From assembly GCA_024228555.1 (NCBI GenBank), contig JAAETI010000243.1, positions 24,528 through 88,527 on the forward strand: a DNA stretch of 64,000 bases, in the 5' to 3' direction. This DNA is from a bacterium. GTDB taxonomy: Bacteria > Actinomycetota > Acidimicrobiia > Spongiisociales > UBA5794. The position numbers were made by a program, and so were the translations under genes. Positions 18,576 through 27,312 of this stretch are shown here, one piece after another (the stretch's first letter is position 1; each line of letters starts with the position of its first letter). The notes beneath the pieces were generated by a model that was not told where the DNA came from, made no database searches, and saw only the letters and a program-made list of their open reading frames with translations.

Positions 18576-20327
18576 ATGGGCGATGACGCAAACAAAACGA
18601 GCATTGGCTCGGGGAGTGGAGTTGCGCGCGAACTCGACCTCGTCGGTGGTCGTCGCGAGTTTCGCATCGCCGGCGTCACCATTGCAGGACGGCGGCGCCG
18701 TCCTTCGGGAGAAGCTGCTCCCTTGCCGAGGAACCTGCACCGTGCCGGCCAACTGTGGTTGCTGTCCGGTCTGATGATGGTGGTCATTTGGATTTCACTC
18801 TTCTTGATCCCGACATCGACCGAGTGGTGGTCCGTCCAGGACCACAAGCTTCTGACCCGACTCGTCGACATTCGCACTGACGCTCTCACGACGGTGGCGA
18901 AGGCGTTCAATTCGCTTACCTCGGAGTTGTTCATCCGAGTGCTGCGTGTCGTGACTGTTCTTTCCCTGATCTTTGTGAAGAGATGGCGCCACTTTTTTGC
19001 AGTCCTGATCACGCTCGCTATCACTCAGGGAACGGGCGAACTCGTGCAGGATTGGGTGGGGCGTCCCAGACCGTTGGTGCCGATCCTGGTGGACTGGAAG
19101 GGTGCCTCACATCCTTCTCTGCCGGTCGGTGGGCTGGCGGTGACCTTCGGAGTCATGGCCTATTCGCTGCTGCCCGCGAGCCGGTGGCGGCGGGGCGTCC
19201 TTGCCGGATCCGGAGTGCTGATGTTCGTCATTGCATTGTCACGGATCTACCTGGGTGTTGATCATCCGTCCGACGCCTGGGTCTCGCTCCTTTTTGCTCC
19301 CGCCGTGGCTGTTGTGGTATTCCGGTTGTTCGCCCCCGAAGCGGTGTTCCCAGTGTCATGGAGGCGAGGAGTCACGGCCCACCTAGATGTCTCGGGGCGT
19401 CGCGGTGATGCGATCCGCAAGGCGGTGCGGGATCAGCTGGGCATCGAGGTCGTTGGGATAGAACTCTTTGGTGCGGAAGGGTCAGGGGGGTCGACACCGA
19501 TTCGGCTCGAGCTTGCCCCCGATGACACGCATGGCGAGGACTATCTCTTTGGCAAGCTGTATAGCCAGACTCACCTCAGATCCGACCGTTGGTACAAGGT
19601 AGGCCGCACCATTCTCTATGGAGCTCTTGAAGACGAGATGCGGTTCAGCTCTGTGCGCAGACTCGTTGAGTACGAGGACTACATCCAACGCCTGATGCGA
19701 GACTGTGGTATTCCTTCGGCCGAGCCATTCGGGATCGTGGAGATCACCCCAGATCGCGAATATCTGATGATCAGCCAGTTCTTGTTCGGTTCCGAAGAGC
19801 TAACCGATGCGGAAGTCGATGTTGACCTCATCGACGACGCTCTTGGTGTCATCAGGCAGATGTGGGATGCCGGCCTGGCCCACCGCGACATCAAGCCGGC
19901 CAACGTCATGGTGCGCGACAACAAGGTGGTGCTCATCGATGTCGCGTTCGGTACAGTCCGGCCTTCCCCGTGGCGGCAGGCGGTTGACCTGGCCAACATG
20001 ATGGTGATTCTGGCACTGCGCTCCAACGCAGAGCTTGTCTACGAGAGGGCTCTCCTGCAATTCGATCCATACGACATCGCCGAGGCCTTTGCGGCCACAC
20101 GAAGCGTCACTTTGCCCTCCCAATCGCGTAGCTCGCTCGCCCTGTTCAAGCGCGAGCATGGTGTCGACATCGTGGAGGAGTTCCGCAGGTTGGCTCCCGA
20201 AGCAGAGCCCATTTCCATCCAGCGCTGGAGTGCCCGTCGCATCGGACTCACTTTGGTGGCAGCGGCTCTTGCCATAGTCATCCTCGGCACGATCGTGTCT
20301 GAGGTGTCTGGGCAGGGATTGCTGTGA
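18576..20327 (+). CDS. membrane PAP2 phosphatase fused to a protein/lipid-kinase-like domain
   Basis: N-terminal TM region with PAP2 motifs (VGRPRP, SHPS, SRIYLGVDHPSDA). The C-terminal half has a catalytic loop HRDIKPANVMV and LIDVAFG. GGAGGAGAG Shine-Dalgarno before the ATG at 18576. Confidence 0.7.
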   Translation: MGDDANKTSIGSGSGVARELDLVGGRREFRIAGVTIAGRRRRPSGEAAPLPRNLHRAGQLWLLSGLMMVVIWISLFLIPTSTEWWSVQDHKLLTRLVDIRTDALTTVAKAFNSLTSELFIRVLRVVTVLSLIFVKRWRHFFAVLITLAITQGTGELVQDWVGRPRPLVPILVDWKGASHPSLPVGGLAVTFGVMAYSLLPASRWRRGVLAGSGVLMFVIALSRIYLGVDHPSDAWVSLLFAPAVAVVVFRLFAPEAVFPVSWRRGVTAHLDVSGRRGDAIRKAVRDQLGIEVVGIELFGAEGSGGSTPIRLELAPDDTHGEDYLFGKLYSQTHLRSDRWYKVGRTILYGALEDEMRFSSVRRLVEYEDYIQRLMRDCGIPSAEPFGIVEITPDREYLMISQFLFGSEELTDAEVDVDLIDDALGVIRQMWDAGLAHRDIKPANVMVRDNKVVLIDVAFGTVRPSPWRQAVDLANMMVILALRSNAELVYERALLQFDPYDIAEAFAATRSVTLPSQSRSSLALFKREHGVDIVEEFRRLAPEAEPISIQRWSARRIGLTLVAAALAIVILGTIVSEVSGQGLL

Positions 20328-21187
20328 GCAGACCTCTTGTCACCATCGTTGCTGCTCTAGTGCTGCTGAGTGCGGGCTGTGGGAGGCTTGGTCTCGGCCT
20401 ACCGGCTTGTGACACTCCACCCGGCGATCCAAGCACCGCCTCGGTCATCACGGCGCAGGCGGTGCCACGAGCCGACTACGCACCCTGTCTCAACTCGCTG
20501 AAGCTGGGTTGGGATGAGGTCGAGTTCGAAGTCGAGAGCAACCTGATGATCCTTGAGTTTGGCCGTACCCGCGAATTCGAGTTCCAGTCCTTCCTCGAGG
20601 TTCGGCTTACCCCGTCGTGCGACGTGGGTGATGCAGTTCCCGTGCCAAGTGGCATGGATGACGTCGAGCGCTTTGACAACATCGACCAGGTGGTGGCGGG
20701 AATAGGAGTAACAATCATTCCCGACGGGGAACGCCCGCGGATCTTTGCGCAGAGTCTGGTCGATGACCTAGGAGGCGTACGTGTCGAGGGTCGGCAGGTG
20801 AGCTTCACAGTTGACACTGACATCGACTTCTCGGTGCGGTCTCGAGTGAACAAGGCATTGTTCACCGATGAATTCGTGTGGATTATCAACGACCTTGATA
20901 TTGACGAGGGAACGCTCGAGTTGCGGAGCACGCCCGATGGCGAGGGCGCACGCGGGCTCGAGGTCGACGAAGCGTTGGATCTAATGGAAGACACGACACC
21001 TGAGGTGAGATACCAGGGCCAATGGTTCTACGTCTTCAATGGCGGGTGCATCACCTACGACTTCGATGCAGAAGGCACGCTTGCCACGACCATCGAGCAG
21101 GACGCCGTCGAGACGATCGGGTTCTATCCCAACGCAGAATTGCGTGAGGCGGGACTGCAAGCCGGCTACGACCTGGTTGGCGAGTAG
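20324..21187 (+). CDS. secreted lipoprotein, unknown function
   Basis: Signal peptide with lipobox (LLSAGCG). Its ATGA start overlaps the upstream gene. Confidence 0.55.
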   Translation: MSRPLVTIVAALVLLSAGCGRLGLGLPACDTPPGDPSTASVITAQAVPRADYAPCLNSLKLGWDEVEFEVESNLMILEFGRTREFEFQSFLEVRLTPSCDVGDAVPVPSGMDDVERFDNIDQVVAGIGVTIIPDGERPRIFAQSLVDDLGGVRVEGRQVSFTVDTDIDFSVRSRVNKALFTDEFVWIINDLDIDEGTLELRSTPDGEGARGLEVDEALDLMEDTTPEVRYQGQWFYVFNGGCITYDFDAEGTLATTIEQDAVETIGFYPNAELREAGLQAGYDLVGE

Positions 21188-21193
21188 GTTGCG

Positions 21194-21910
21194 ATGATGA
21201 CGAATCCCGTGGAGCCCGCCAACTCCGAACATCATGGTATCGAGCACCTGATCCTCGACGATCATCGTTGGGCGGAGCGGATTGCGATTCTGTTGTGGGC
21301 CATCGCGGGGCTTTCCTTTGTCGCAATGGCGGTTCCGGCGACGCGGGACGTCCTCGATTCCTTCGACACCTGGTTCTATGAGCTCACCTATCCCATCAAG
21401 TGGGGTCCGCTGACCGCGGTCTCGCATGCCTTGGCCTTTTTGGGAAGCGCATGGTTCGTTTGGCCTCTGCGGCTGGTCGTCAGCGTCATTCTCTACGGCA
21501 AGAAGAGATGGCTGGCGCTTGCGGCATGGATCATCCCAATCCTCCTATCGGAGCCTCTGATAGGGACGCTCAAGGCGGCATACGATCGCCCCCGTCCTCC
21601 CGAGAGTCTGGTCGAGGTTGCATCCGGGGCATTTCCGTCAGGTCACGCCGTGGCTGGTGCGGTGGTTGCGATATCGCTTGTCATCGTGTTGGTGCCTGCT
21701 GGGGCAACCAGACGCAACTTGGAGATGGTGGCAGCGGACTTCGCAATTCTGATGGCCGGCAGCCGGGTCTACCTTGGTGCGCACTGGCTCACCGACGTGT
21801 TCGGGGGAGTGGCGTTGGGGGCTGCATGTGCCATCGGTGGTGCCGCGATTGCACAACGATGGTTTCGCTACCGCGGACTGGGCGATCGATCCCCGACCGA
21901 AGTCACGTAG
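21194..21910 (+). CDS. PAP2-family membrane phosphatase
   Basis: PAP2 motifs RPRPPE, PSGHA and SRVYLGAHWLTD, with multiple TM helices. Confidence 0.75.
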   Translation: MMTNPVEPANSEHHGIEHLILDDHRWAERIAILLWAIAGLSFVAMAVPATRDVLDSFDTWFYELTYPIKWGPLTAVSHALAFLGSAWFVWPLRLVVSVILYGKKRWLALAAWIIPILLSEPLIGTLKAAYDRPRPPESLVEVASGAFPSGHAVAGAVVAISLVIVLVPAGATRRNLEMVAADFAILMAGSRVYLGAHWLTDVFGGVALGAACAIGGAAIAQRWFRYRGLGDRSPTEVT

Positions 21911-23001
21911 GCGTCGCCCGCCAACTCTGCTCTCTGCGTCTCGCTTATCCGCCAGGTGCGATTGCGTTGCCAGATCACGTAGGAGGCGGCGCCAAGGGGG
22001 ATGGGCAACACGTAGGTGATGGCTCGGAACACGAGGATGGCGGCAACGACTTGCGCCTTGGTGGCTTCATCCAGATCAATGGTCAGTGCTGCGGCGTAGC
22101 CAAGCTCAACTATCCCGACACCCCCCGGAGTGATCGGGAGTGCAGAGATCAAACGCACGAAAGAGAAGGCGGCAAGCACCTGGATCCATGAAAGCTCACT
22201 CTGGCTGACCCCGGTGTGCCGCAATGTGATCAACAACACCGCATACAAGGAGAGATGGCTGACCAGGGTGGCCAGGGTCAGGTGAAGCCAGCGGTGTTGG
22301 AGGAGGCCGATTGTGTTGGTGCGGAAGGCGGCGGCGCGGTCGCTCCAACCCGAGACCGGCCCACGCCGCACGATCTTGCGCAGCTTGGTCGTGAATCTCT
22401 CCAGCGCAGTACCAACGGAGCGGGCCAGTCGGTCGCTCTTGAGGATCATCCAGAGGCCCGCGGCCACCCCGACTAGGGCGGCGAGTCCAACCCCGGATGC
22501 CGTGATCCATGCGCTCGATACGTCGCTTTCGATCGCCAGGAGACCGAGGGCGATAACCGGCATTCCGAGTTTCACGAAGTTGTTCCAGATGCCGGTAACT
22601 ACGGCGGAGCGGGTGATGTCGGCAACCTTGAAACCCCATGAAGTCAGCATGGCGAGGGTGACGCCTACTCCGATTGCTCCGCCACCGGGCAGCGTGTTGG
22701 AAACTGCTGTGGAGGACTGGTTGACAACCGCTGCTTCACGGAGACGTAGCCCGGGCAGTGCGGCAACCAGCACGAACCAGTAGGTGGCCAGGTTCCAAAA
22801 CGCGACCAATGCCAGAGATGTGGATTCGAGCCAGGTGAGGGTCCGAATGGTGGCCCACACTTCGTCGTAGTCGGCGATTTGGGGCATGACACCGACAAAG
22901 ATCCCGACGACGACCACAACAGAGATCAGCGACTGGACTACTCGTTTCCACCGCGACTGTGAGGTTGTCTCGGAGGGATCGACGGTGGCTTTGTCTGACA
23001 C
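21868..23001 (-). CDS. lysylphosphatidylglycerol-synthase-TM / flippase-like membrane protein (UPF0104 family)
   Basis: 377-aa polytopic protein whose conserved ITPGGVGIVE segment is typical of the LPG_synthase_TM family. GTG start with GAGG 9 nt upstream. Confidence 0.65.
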   Translation of the reverse strand: MSDKATVDPSETTSQSRWKRVVQSLISVVVVVGIFVGVMPQIADYDEVWATIRTLTWLESTSLALVAFWNLATYWFVLVAALPGLRLREAAVVNQSSTAVSNTLPGGGAIGVGVTLAMLTSWGFKVADITRSAVVTGIWNNFVKLGMPVIALGLLAIESDVSSAWITASGVGLAALVGVAAGLWMILKSDRLARSVGTALERFTTKLRKIVRRGPVSGWSDRAAAFRTNTIGLLQHRWLHLTLATLVSHLSLYAVLLITLRHTGVSQSELSWIQVLAAFSFVRLISALPITPGGVGIVELGYAAALTIDLDEATKAQVVAAILVFRAITYVLPIPLGAASYVIWQRNRTWRISETQRAELAGDAYVTSVGDRSPSPR

Positions 23002-23126
23002 GATCAGAACCTCAGAATGGATCTCCGCTTGCGAGATTACACGGTGTCCACCGGCCGACCTTCAGCAGTGGTGAGAACGGTCGCGAAACAAAACGCAAAG
23101 CCGCGAAATCAAGTAACCATTTTCGC

Positions 23127-23156
23127 TTGACCAGAGTGATTAGTCTGGCCTATCTT
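23127..23156 (+). promoter_or_regulatory. candidate sigma-A type promoter (TTGACC-N18-TATCTT)
   Basis: -35 at 23127-23132 and -10 at 23151-23156, in the divergent intergenic region. Confidence 0.4.
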
Positions 23157-23162
23157 GATCTT

Positions 23163-23435
23163 GTCGTTGAGGCGGGAGACCGCAGCAGCGGCGCCGGGGT
23201 CCCGCAAGGGGTCACGGAGATCCGGAAGGGACATCGGCCCGCAAGGGAAGGTGGCCGCCCCGCAAGGGAAGTCCGGGGACGAGCCCCAGTGGTTCGACCC
23301 CACGGACCTAGAAAGATCGGCCGGCCGAAGCCTCGGTTTCGGACGGTATCTCAGTTGAGTCGAAAGGCTCCGACTGAGAAGGAAAACCCCGAGAGGGTCG
23401 AAGCTTCGGCTGAAACTCCCTCGGGGTTTCTCCAT
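23163..23435 (+). ncRNA. candidate structured small RNA (about 270 nt), family unassigned
   Basis: Bounded by the promoter above and a strong terminator. Contains three CCCGCAAGGG(G/A)A GNRA hairpins (23201, 23238, 23259), a GGGG-ACGAG-CCCC hairpin, a T-loop-like GUGG-UUCGACC-CCAC, and a 6-bp CTCAGT/ACTGAG helix. No ORF. Confidence 0.4.
23387..23435 (+). terminator. compound intrinsic terminator, near-copy of the module at 17838-17885
   Basis: CCCCGAGAGGG - AGC-UUCG-GCU - AAACTCCCTCGGGG followed by TTTCTCCATTTCC. It also reads as a terminator on the minus strand. Confidence 0.6.
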
Positions 23436-23577
23436 TTCCGGACCGACAACCCACCCCCTCCAGGAACGAACGTGCGTACCCGGCCGCGCATATGTCGCGA
23501 CGATGTACGCAAGAACGGTCGGTGCCCGTAGTTGTACGGTATGCGGATGTTGGGGCAAGACAGCGTAAGATTGTCGT

Positions 23578-24210
23578 ATGTCATTTCCAGATAGCATCCT
23601 CACCGACGGCGAGACCATTGTCCGACAGTTCCGACCCCACTGGAGGATGCTGGCCATCCCCGCACTGTGGTTGATCGCGGCTATTGCATCGATCTTCATC
23701 GTATTCCAGGTCATTGAGGCTGAAGGATGGGTTGCTCTCGTCCTCATCGTGCTGATCTTGGCGTCTCTTGTCCCTCTGGTGGTCAGCCCGGTCATCAGAT
23801 GGATGTTCACTATTTACCTCCTCACCAGCGAGCGGCTGATCACCCGAAGTGGGATGATTGCACGCTCCGGCATCGAGTTGCCCTTGGAGAACATCAATAA
23901 CGTTCTGTTCAACCAGAGTGTCATCGAGAGGATGCTCAAGTCTGGCGATCTGCTCATCGAGTCGGCTGGGGAGAGCGGTCAGAGTGAATTCACCGACATC
24001 CCGAACCCGGAAGAGTTCCAATCGTTGCTGTATCGGACCCGTGAAGAGCAGGGCCGCAATACTGCCGCCGAGGAATCAGCGATCGCTGCCGATGTCAGCC
24101 GTGACCCGACGGAGCAACTCGAGCGGGCCGCTCGACTTCGTGACGAAGGCGTGCTCTCGGAAGACGAGTTCGCAGAGATGAAACGCAAGATTCTCGGCGT
24201 TGGCGAGTAG
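23578..24210 (+). CDS. membrane protein with bacterial PH (bPH_2/YdbS-like) domain and C-terminal SHOCT domain
   Basis: Two TM helices after a conserved N-terminal segment, and a C-terminal LRDEGVLSEDEFAEMKRKILG SHOCT-type motif. Confidence 0.6.
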   Translation: MSFPDSILTDGETIVRQFRPHWRMLAIPALWLIAAIASIFIVFQVIEAEGWVALVLIVLILASLVPLVVSPVIRWMFTIYLLTSERLITRSGMIARSGIELPLENINNVLFNQSVIERMLKSGDLLIESAGESGQSEFTDIPNPEEFQSLLYRTREEQGRNTAAEESAIAADVSRDPTEQLERAARLRDEGVLSEDEFAEMKRKILGVGE

Positions 24211-24293
24211 CCACCGGGATCGGTCGGGCCATTTAGCGGATCACCCTGTTCGGCTAGCGCTTCTCCCTGTACATTGAGTGCAGAGGAGGACAT

Positions 24294-24758
24294 ATGTCTG
24301 CTGAGAAGCTTCGTGAATACCTCCTGACCAACGGTGTGCCCTACGAGGTGCATGAGCACCCGCTCGCCTTTACGACGTCTCGTGTCGCAGAGGTCGAGCA
24401 TGTCCCCGGCAAGGACATCGCCAAGCCGGTCATTCTGATGGCCGACGACCATTTTGTGATGGCGGTTGTTCCCGGCCACAAGCATGTGGATCTCGCCAAA
24501 GCCCAAGATGTCTTTGGCTGTGAGGACCTGCGGCTTGCGGATGAATCGGAGTTTGCCGCGGCGTTCGCAGATTGTGAACGCGGTGCCGAACCACCGATTG
24601 GGCACTTGTATGGCATGAGAACCATCGTTGATCTGCGTCTGGATTCACCACGGGTTACCTTCCGCGGTGGCAGCCACACTCAAACGATCACGATGGGTTT
24701 GGAGGACTACCGGGTGGTGGCCCGAGCCGCCGTCGGTGATGTCGCAGCCGGTCGCTAG
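24294..24758 (+). CDS. YbaK/ProX-type aminoacyl-tRNA deacylase domain protein
   Basis: About 150 aa with overall YbaK-like pattern and conserved Lys/Gly positions. AGAGGAGGA Shine-Dalgarno before the ATG. Confidence 0.7.
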   Translation: MSAEKLREYLLTNGVPYEVHEHPLAFTTSRVAEVEHVPGKDIAKPVILMADDHFVMAVVPGHKHVDLAKAQDVFGCEDLRLADESEFAAAFADCERGAEPPIGHLYGMRTIVDLRLDSPRVTFRGGSHTQTITMGLEDYRVVARAAVGDVAAGR

Positions 24759-24810
24759 TAAACCCAGCAGGTCCCTGCTGAAGCGATTGCCGGTTGGGCG
24801 GTTCAGCGCG

Positions 24811-26004
24811 TCATCGGAAGCGATCGAATTTGGCGACACATTCGATATGGAATGTCTGCGGGAACATGTCGACAGGGGTGACCCAGTCCAGGTCGTAACC
24901 AAGCTCGTCGAGAATCGCGGTGTCCCGCGCCAGGCTGGCGGGATCACACGAGACGTACACCAGCGTACGCGGCTCAGCGGCGGTGACCGCATCGACCCCA
25001 TCGATACCTAGACCTTTGCGCGGAGGATCGGCTACTACGACATCCCAGTATTCGTCGATTCCCTCGATGGCTTCGTCCATAGATGACCGAAGGATCCGGT
25101 AGTCGTCGATACCGGCCCGGTTGAGGTTGGCCTGGAGGTCCTGTGCGGCCGTCTTGTCTCTCTCGATCGCCACTACCCGCCCCGCATCCCGTCCTACCGT
25201 CGCGGCGAACAGCCCGCCTCCTGCATAAGCATCGAGGAGGGTGTCCTCCGGTCTTACGCCGGCGGCTTCAGTGACGAGACGTACCAGTCGCTCCGCCCCT
25301 GCAGTGTTGTTCTGGAAGAAGGCCTTTCCGCTAATGCGGAAAGGGACGCCTGCCACGGTCTCTTCGAGGACTGCGTCGCCATGGACGGCACGCAGCGTGT
25401 CATCCTCAACGACGGCGACGGCGACGGCGCAACCCCATGATGACGCCTGCCGGGGGACGGCGCCTTCGATGATGATGAGGACGTCGCCTGTTGTGGTTGC
25501 GGTTCGCATCGTGAGGCCCTTGACCCCCGAGAGGTCACCAAGATCGACCAGGAGCGCCGCCAGATTGGGATGGAGGATCTGACACTCGGAAAGCGGTATC
25601 AGGTTGCGGGATCGCCGCTGGTGGAGAGCGGTGCGGCCGTTGTGGACACGAAAGTCCATCCGGTTGCGGTACTGGAACGGTGACCCGGTCGCCACGGTCG
25701 GGCGGACCGGTGGGTTTGGATGACGGCCCAGATGCTTCATTTGTCCGGAGACGATGGCTTGCTTCCATTCCAGCTGGGCGGTGTACTCCCCATGTTGCCA
25801 TTGGCAACCTCCGCAGGTCCCAAAATGCCCACACAACGGTTCGGTGCGCTCAGGCGCAGCCTCGATCACCGACGCTATCTGCACCTTGCCCCAGGCTGGC
25901 TTGTCGACCTCAATTGTCCCCGACACCAACTCGCCGGGGAGTGCGCCGTCAATGAAGTACGCCTTGCCGTCACGCCGGGCCACGGCCGAGCCACCGTGCG
26001 CCAT
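24811..26004 (-). CDS. 23S rRNA (uracil-C5)-methyltransferase RlmD/RumA family
   Basis: TRAM-like N-terminus, an Fe-S Cys cluster CGHFGTCGGCQWQH, and a SAM-binding LLDAYAGGG motif. Confidence 0.8.
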   Translation of the reverse strand: MAHGGSAVARRDGKAYFIDGALPGELVSGTIEVDKPAWGKVQIASVIEAAPERTEPLCGHFGTCGGCQWQHGEYTAQLEWKQAIVSGQMKHLGRHPNPPVRPTVATGSPFQYRNRMDFRVHNGRTALHQRRSRNLIPLSECQILHPNLAALLVDLGDLSGVKGLTMRTATTTGDVLIIIEGAVPRQASSWGCAVAVAVVEDDTLRAVHGDAVLEETVAGVPFRISGKAFFQNNTAGAERLVRLVTEAAGVRPEDTLLDAYAGGGLFAATVGRDAGRVVAIERDKTAAQDLQANLNRAGIDDYRILRSSMDEAIEGIDEYWDVVVADPPRKGLGIDGVDAVTAAEPRTLVYVSCDPASLARDTAILDELGYDLDWVTPVDMFPQTFHIECVAKFDRFR

Positions 26005-26093
26005 GTCGTCGGTGCGAAATTGCAGTTCTTTGATGGCGGTCTCCTCGAGGCTTACTCACTGAGCTATCAGACTGGGAGACTACTCTCCCGCCC

Positions 26094-26450
26094 ATGCGTG
26101 CATTCCACCAGAGCTGGTTCTGGGTTGCGGTAGCGACAACCGGGGTCGTAGGGCTGTGGGGCCTCCTTCTTGGGCTGACCAAGCGACCGGCGCCACGGCT
26201 GTTCTTCCATGCCCGCTGGGTTGCGTTTGGGGCAATGGCAATCCAGGTTGGGGCAGGGCTGATTCTCTACAGCAGGGGAATGCGGTCCGGCAACGACTTC
26301 CACATCTTCTACGGGATTGTGATCGCCTTTGTGTTTGCGTTTGCCTATATCTACCGGGCGGCTTTGGCTCGCCGTCCGGAACTCGGATACGGGTTGCTAC
26401 TGCTGTTCATCATGGGTCTTGGGTTCCGCGCCTGGTCGAACGTCTTCTGA
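26094..26450 (+). CDS. small 4-TM membrane protein, unknown function
   Basis: Hydrophobic 118-aa ORF between convergent neighbours. Confidence 0.45.
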   Translation: MRAFHQSWFWVAVATTGVVGLWGLLLGLTKRPAPRLFFHARWVAFGAMAIQVGAGLILYSRGMRSGNDFHIFYGIVIAFVFAFAYIYRAALARRPELGYGLLLLFIMGLGFRAWSNVF

Positions 26451-26526
26451 GTTAACCGCTCTAGGTGACACCTAGGGCCCGTCCATGCGGTTACGATGCT
26501 CGCCTAGCCAGGCAGAGGAGGGGCCA

Positions 26527-27312
26527 ATGCTGCTCGAAGGAAAGAGACTTGTCGTCACCGGTGTTCTCACCGACGACTCCATTGCATTCCATGCGGCCCG
26601 CGTTGCCCAGGAAGAGGGGGCCGAGATTGTCCTCACAGGATTCGGCAGGGCGTTGCGCTTGACGCAGAGGGCTGCGAAGCGACTTCCTGCTGTTCCCGAC
26701 GTTCTCGAACTCGACATCACGAGTGAAGAGGACATGGCAGCCGTCGTTGCCAATCTCACAAAGCGCTGGGGAGCGGTCGACGGAGCCGTGCATGCCATTG
26801 CGTATGCGCCGAATGATGCCCTGGGCGGGAACTTCCTGAGCACGCCGGCTGATAGCGCCGCCACTGCATTCCTGACGTCGGCGTTTTCGTTCAAGACGCT
26901 TGCCGTCGGTCTGCAACCCTTGATGAAGAAAGCCGGTGGCGGGTCGCTGGTCGCCTTGGACTTCGACAACAGCCAGGCGTGGCCGCTCTATGACTGGATG
27001 GGGGTCGCCAAGTCTGCCCTGCAATCGGTAACTCGCTATTTGGCGCGTGATCTTGGGGCCGACGATATTCGCGCCAACTTGGTCGCAGCGGGCCCGCTGG
27101 GCACCGTTGCCGCCAAATCGATCCCGCACTTCGAGCTCTTTGAGCGCGAATGGGCTGCGCGAGCTCCGCTGGGTTGGGACGCCCACGACGCTGCTCCCGT
27201 CGGTGAGATGGTTGCCGTGCTCCTATCGGACTATTCCCGAATGACCAGCGGTGAGGTCATCCACGTCGACGGCGGATTTCATGCAATCGCGGCGGGCTCT
27301 GAATCTTCGTAG
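26527..27312 (+). CDS. fabI: enoyl-[acyl-carrier-protein] reductase (NADH), FabI/InhA type
   Basis: MLLEGKRLVVTGV... is an SDR with InhA-like layout. GGAGG before the ATG at 26527. Confidence 0.85.
   Translation: MLLEGKRLVVTGVLTDDSIAFHAARVAQEEGAEIVLTGFGRALRLTQRAAKRLPAVPDVLELDITSEEDMAAVVANLTKRWGAVDGAVHAIAYAPNDALGGNFLSTPADSAATAFLTSAFSFKTLAVGLQPLMKKAGGGSLVALDFDNSQAWPLYDWMGVAKSALQSVTRYLARDLGADDIRANLVAAGPLGTVAAKSIPHFELFEREWAARAPLGWDAHDAAPVGEMVAVLLSDYSRMTSGEVIHVDGGFHAIAAGSESS

Noticed and set aside
23255-23300. RNase P RNA (GGGAAGUCCGGGG resembles the P4 strand GGAAAGUCCGGGC) or a tRNA/tmRNA T-arm (GUGG-UUCGACC-CCAC)
   Set aside because: The P4 3' strand ACAGAACCCGGCUUA, the P10-P12 core and the ~400-nt size are absent. 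There is no acceptor stem or CCA for a tRNA or tmRNA, and no tag-peptide reading frame.
24759-24810. Hairpin CAGCAG-gtcc-CTGCTG between convergent ybaK-like and rlmD-like genes as a bidirectional terminator
   Set aside because: It has only a 6-bp stem and no flanking U/A tracts, so it is too weak to call.
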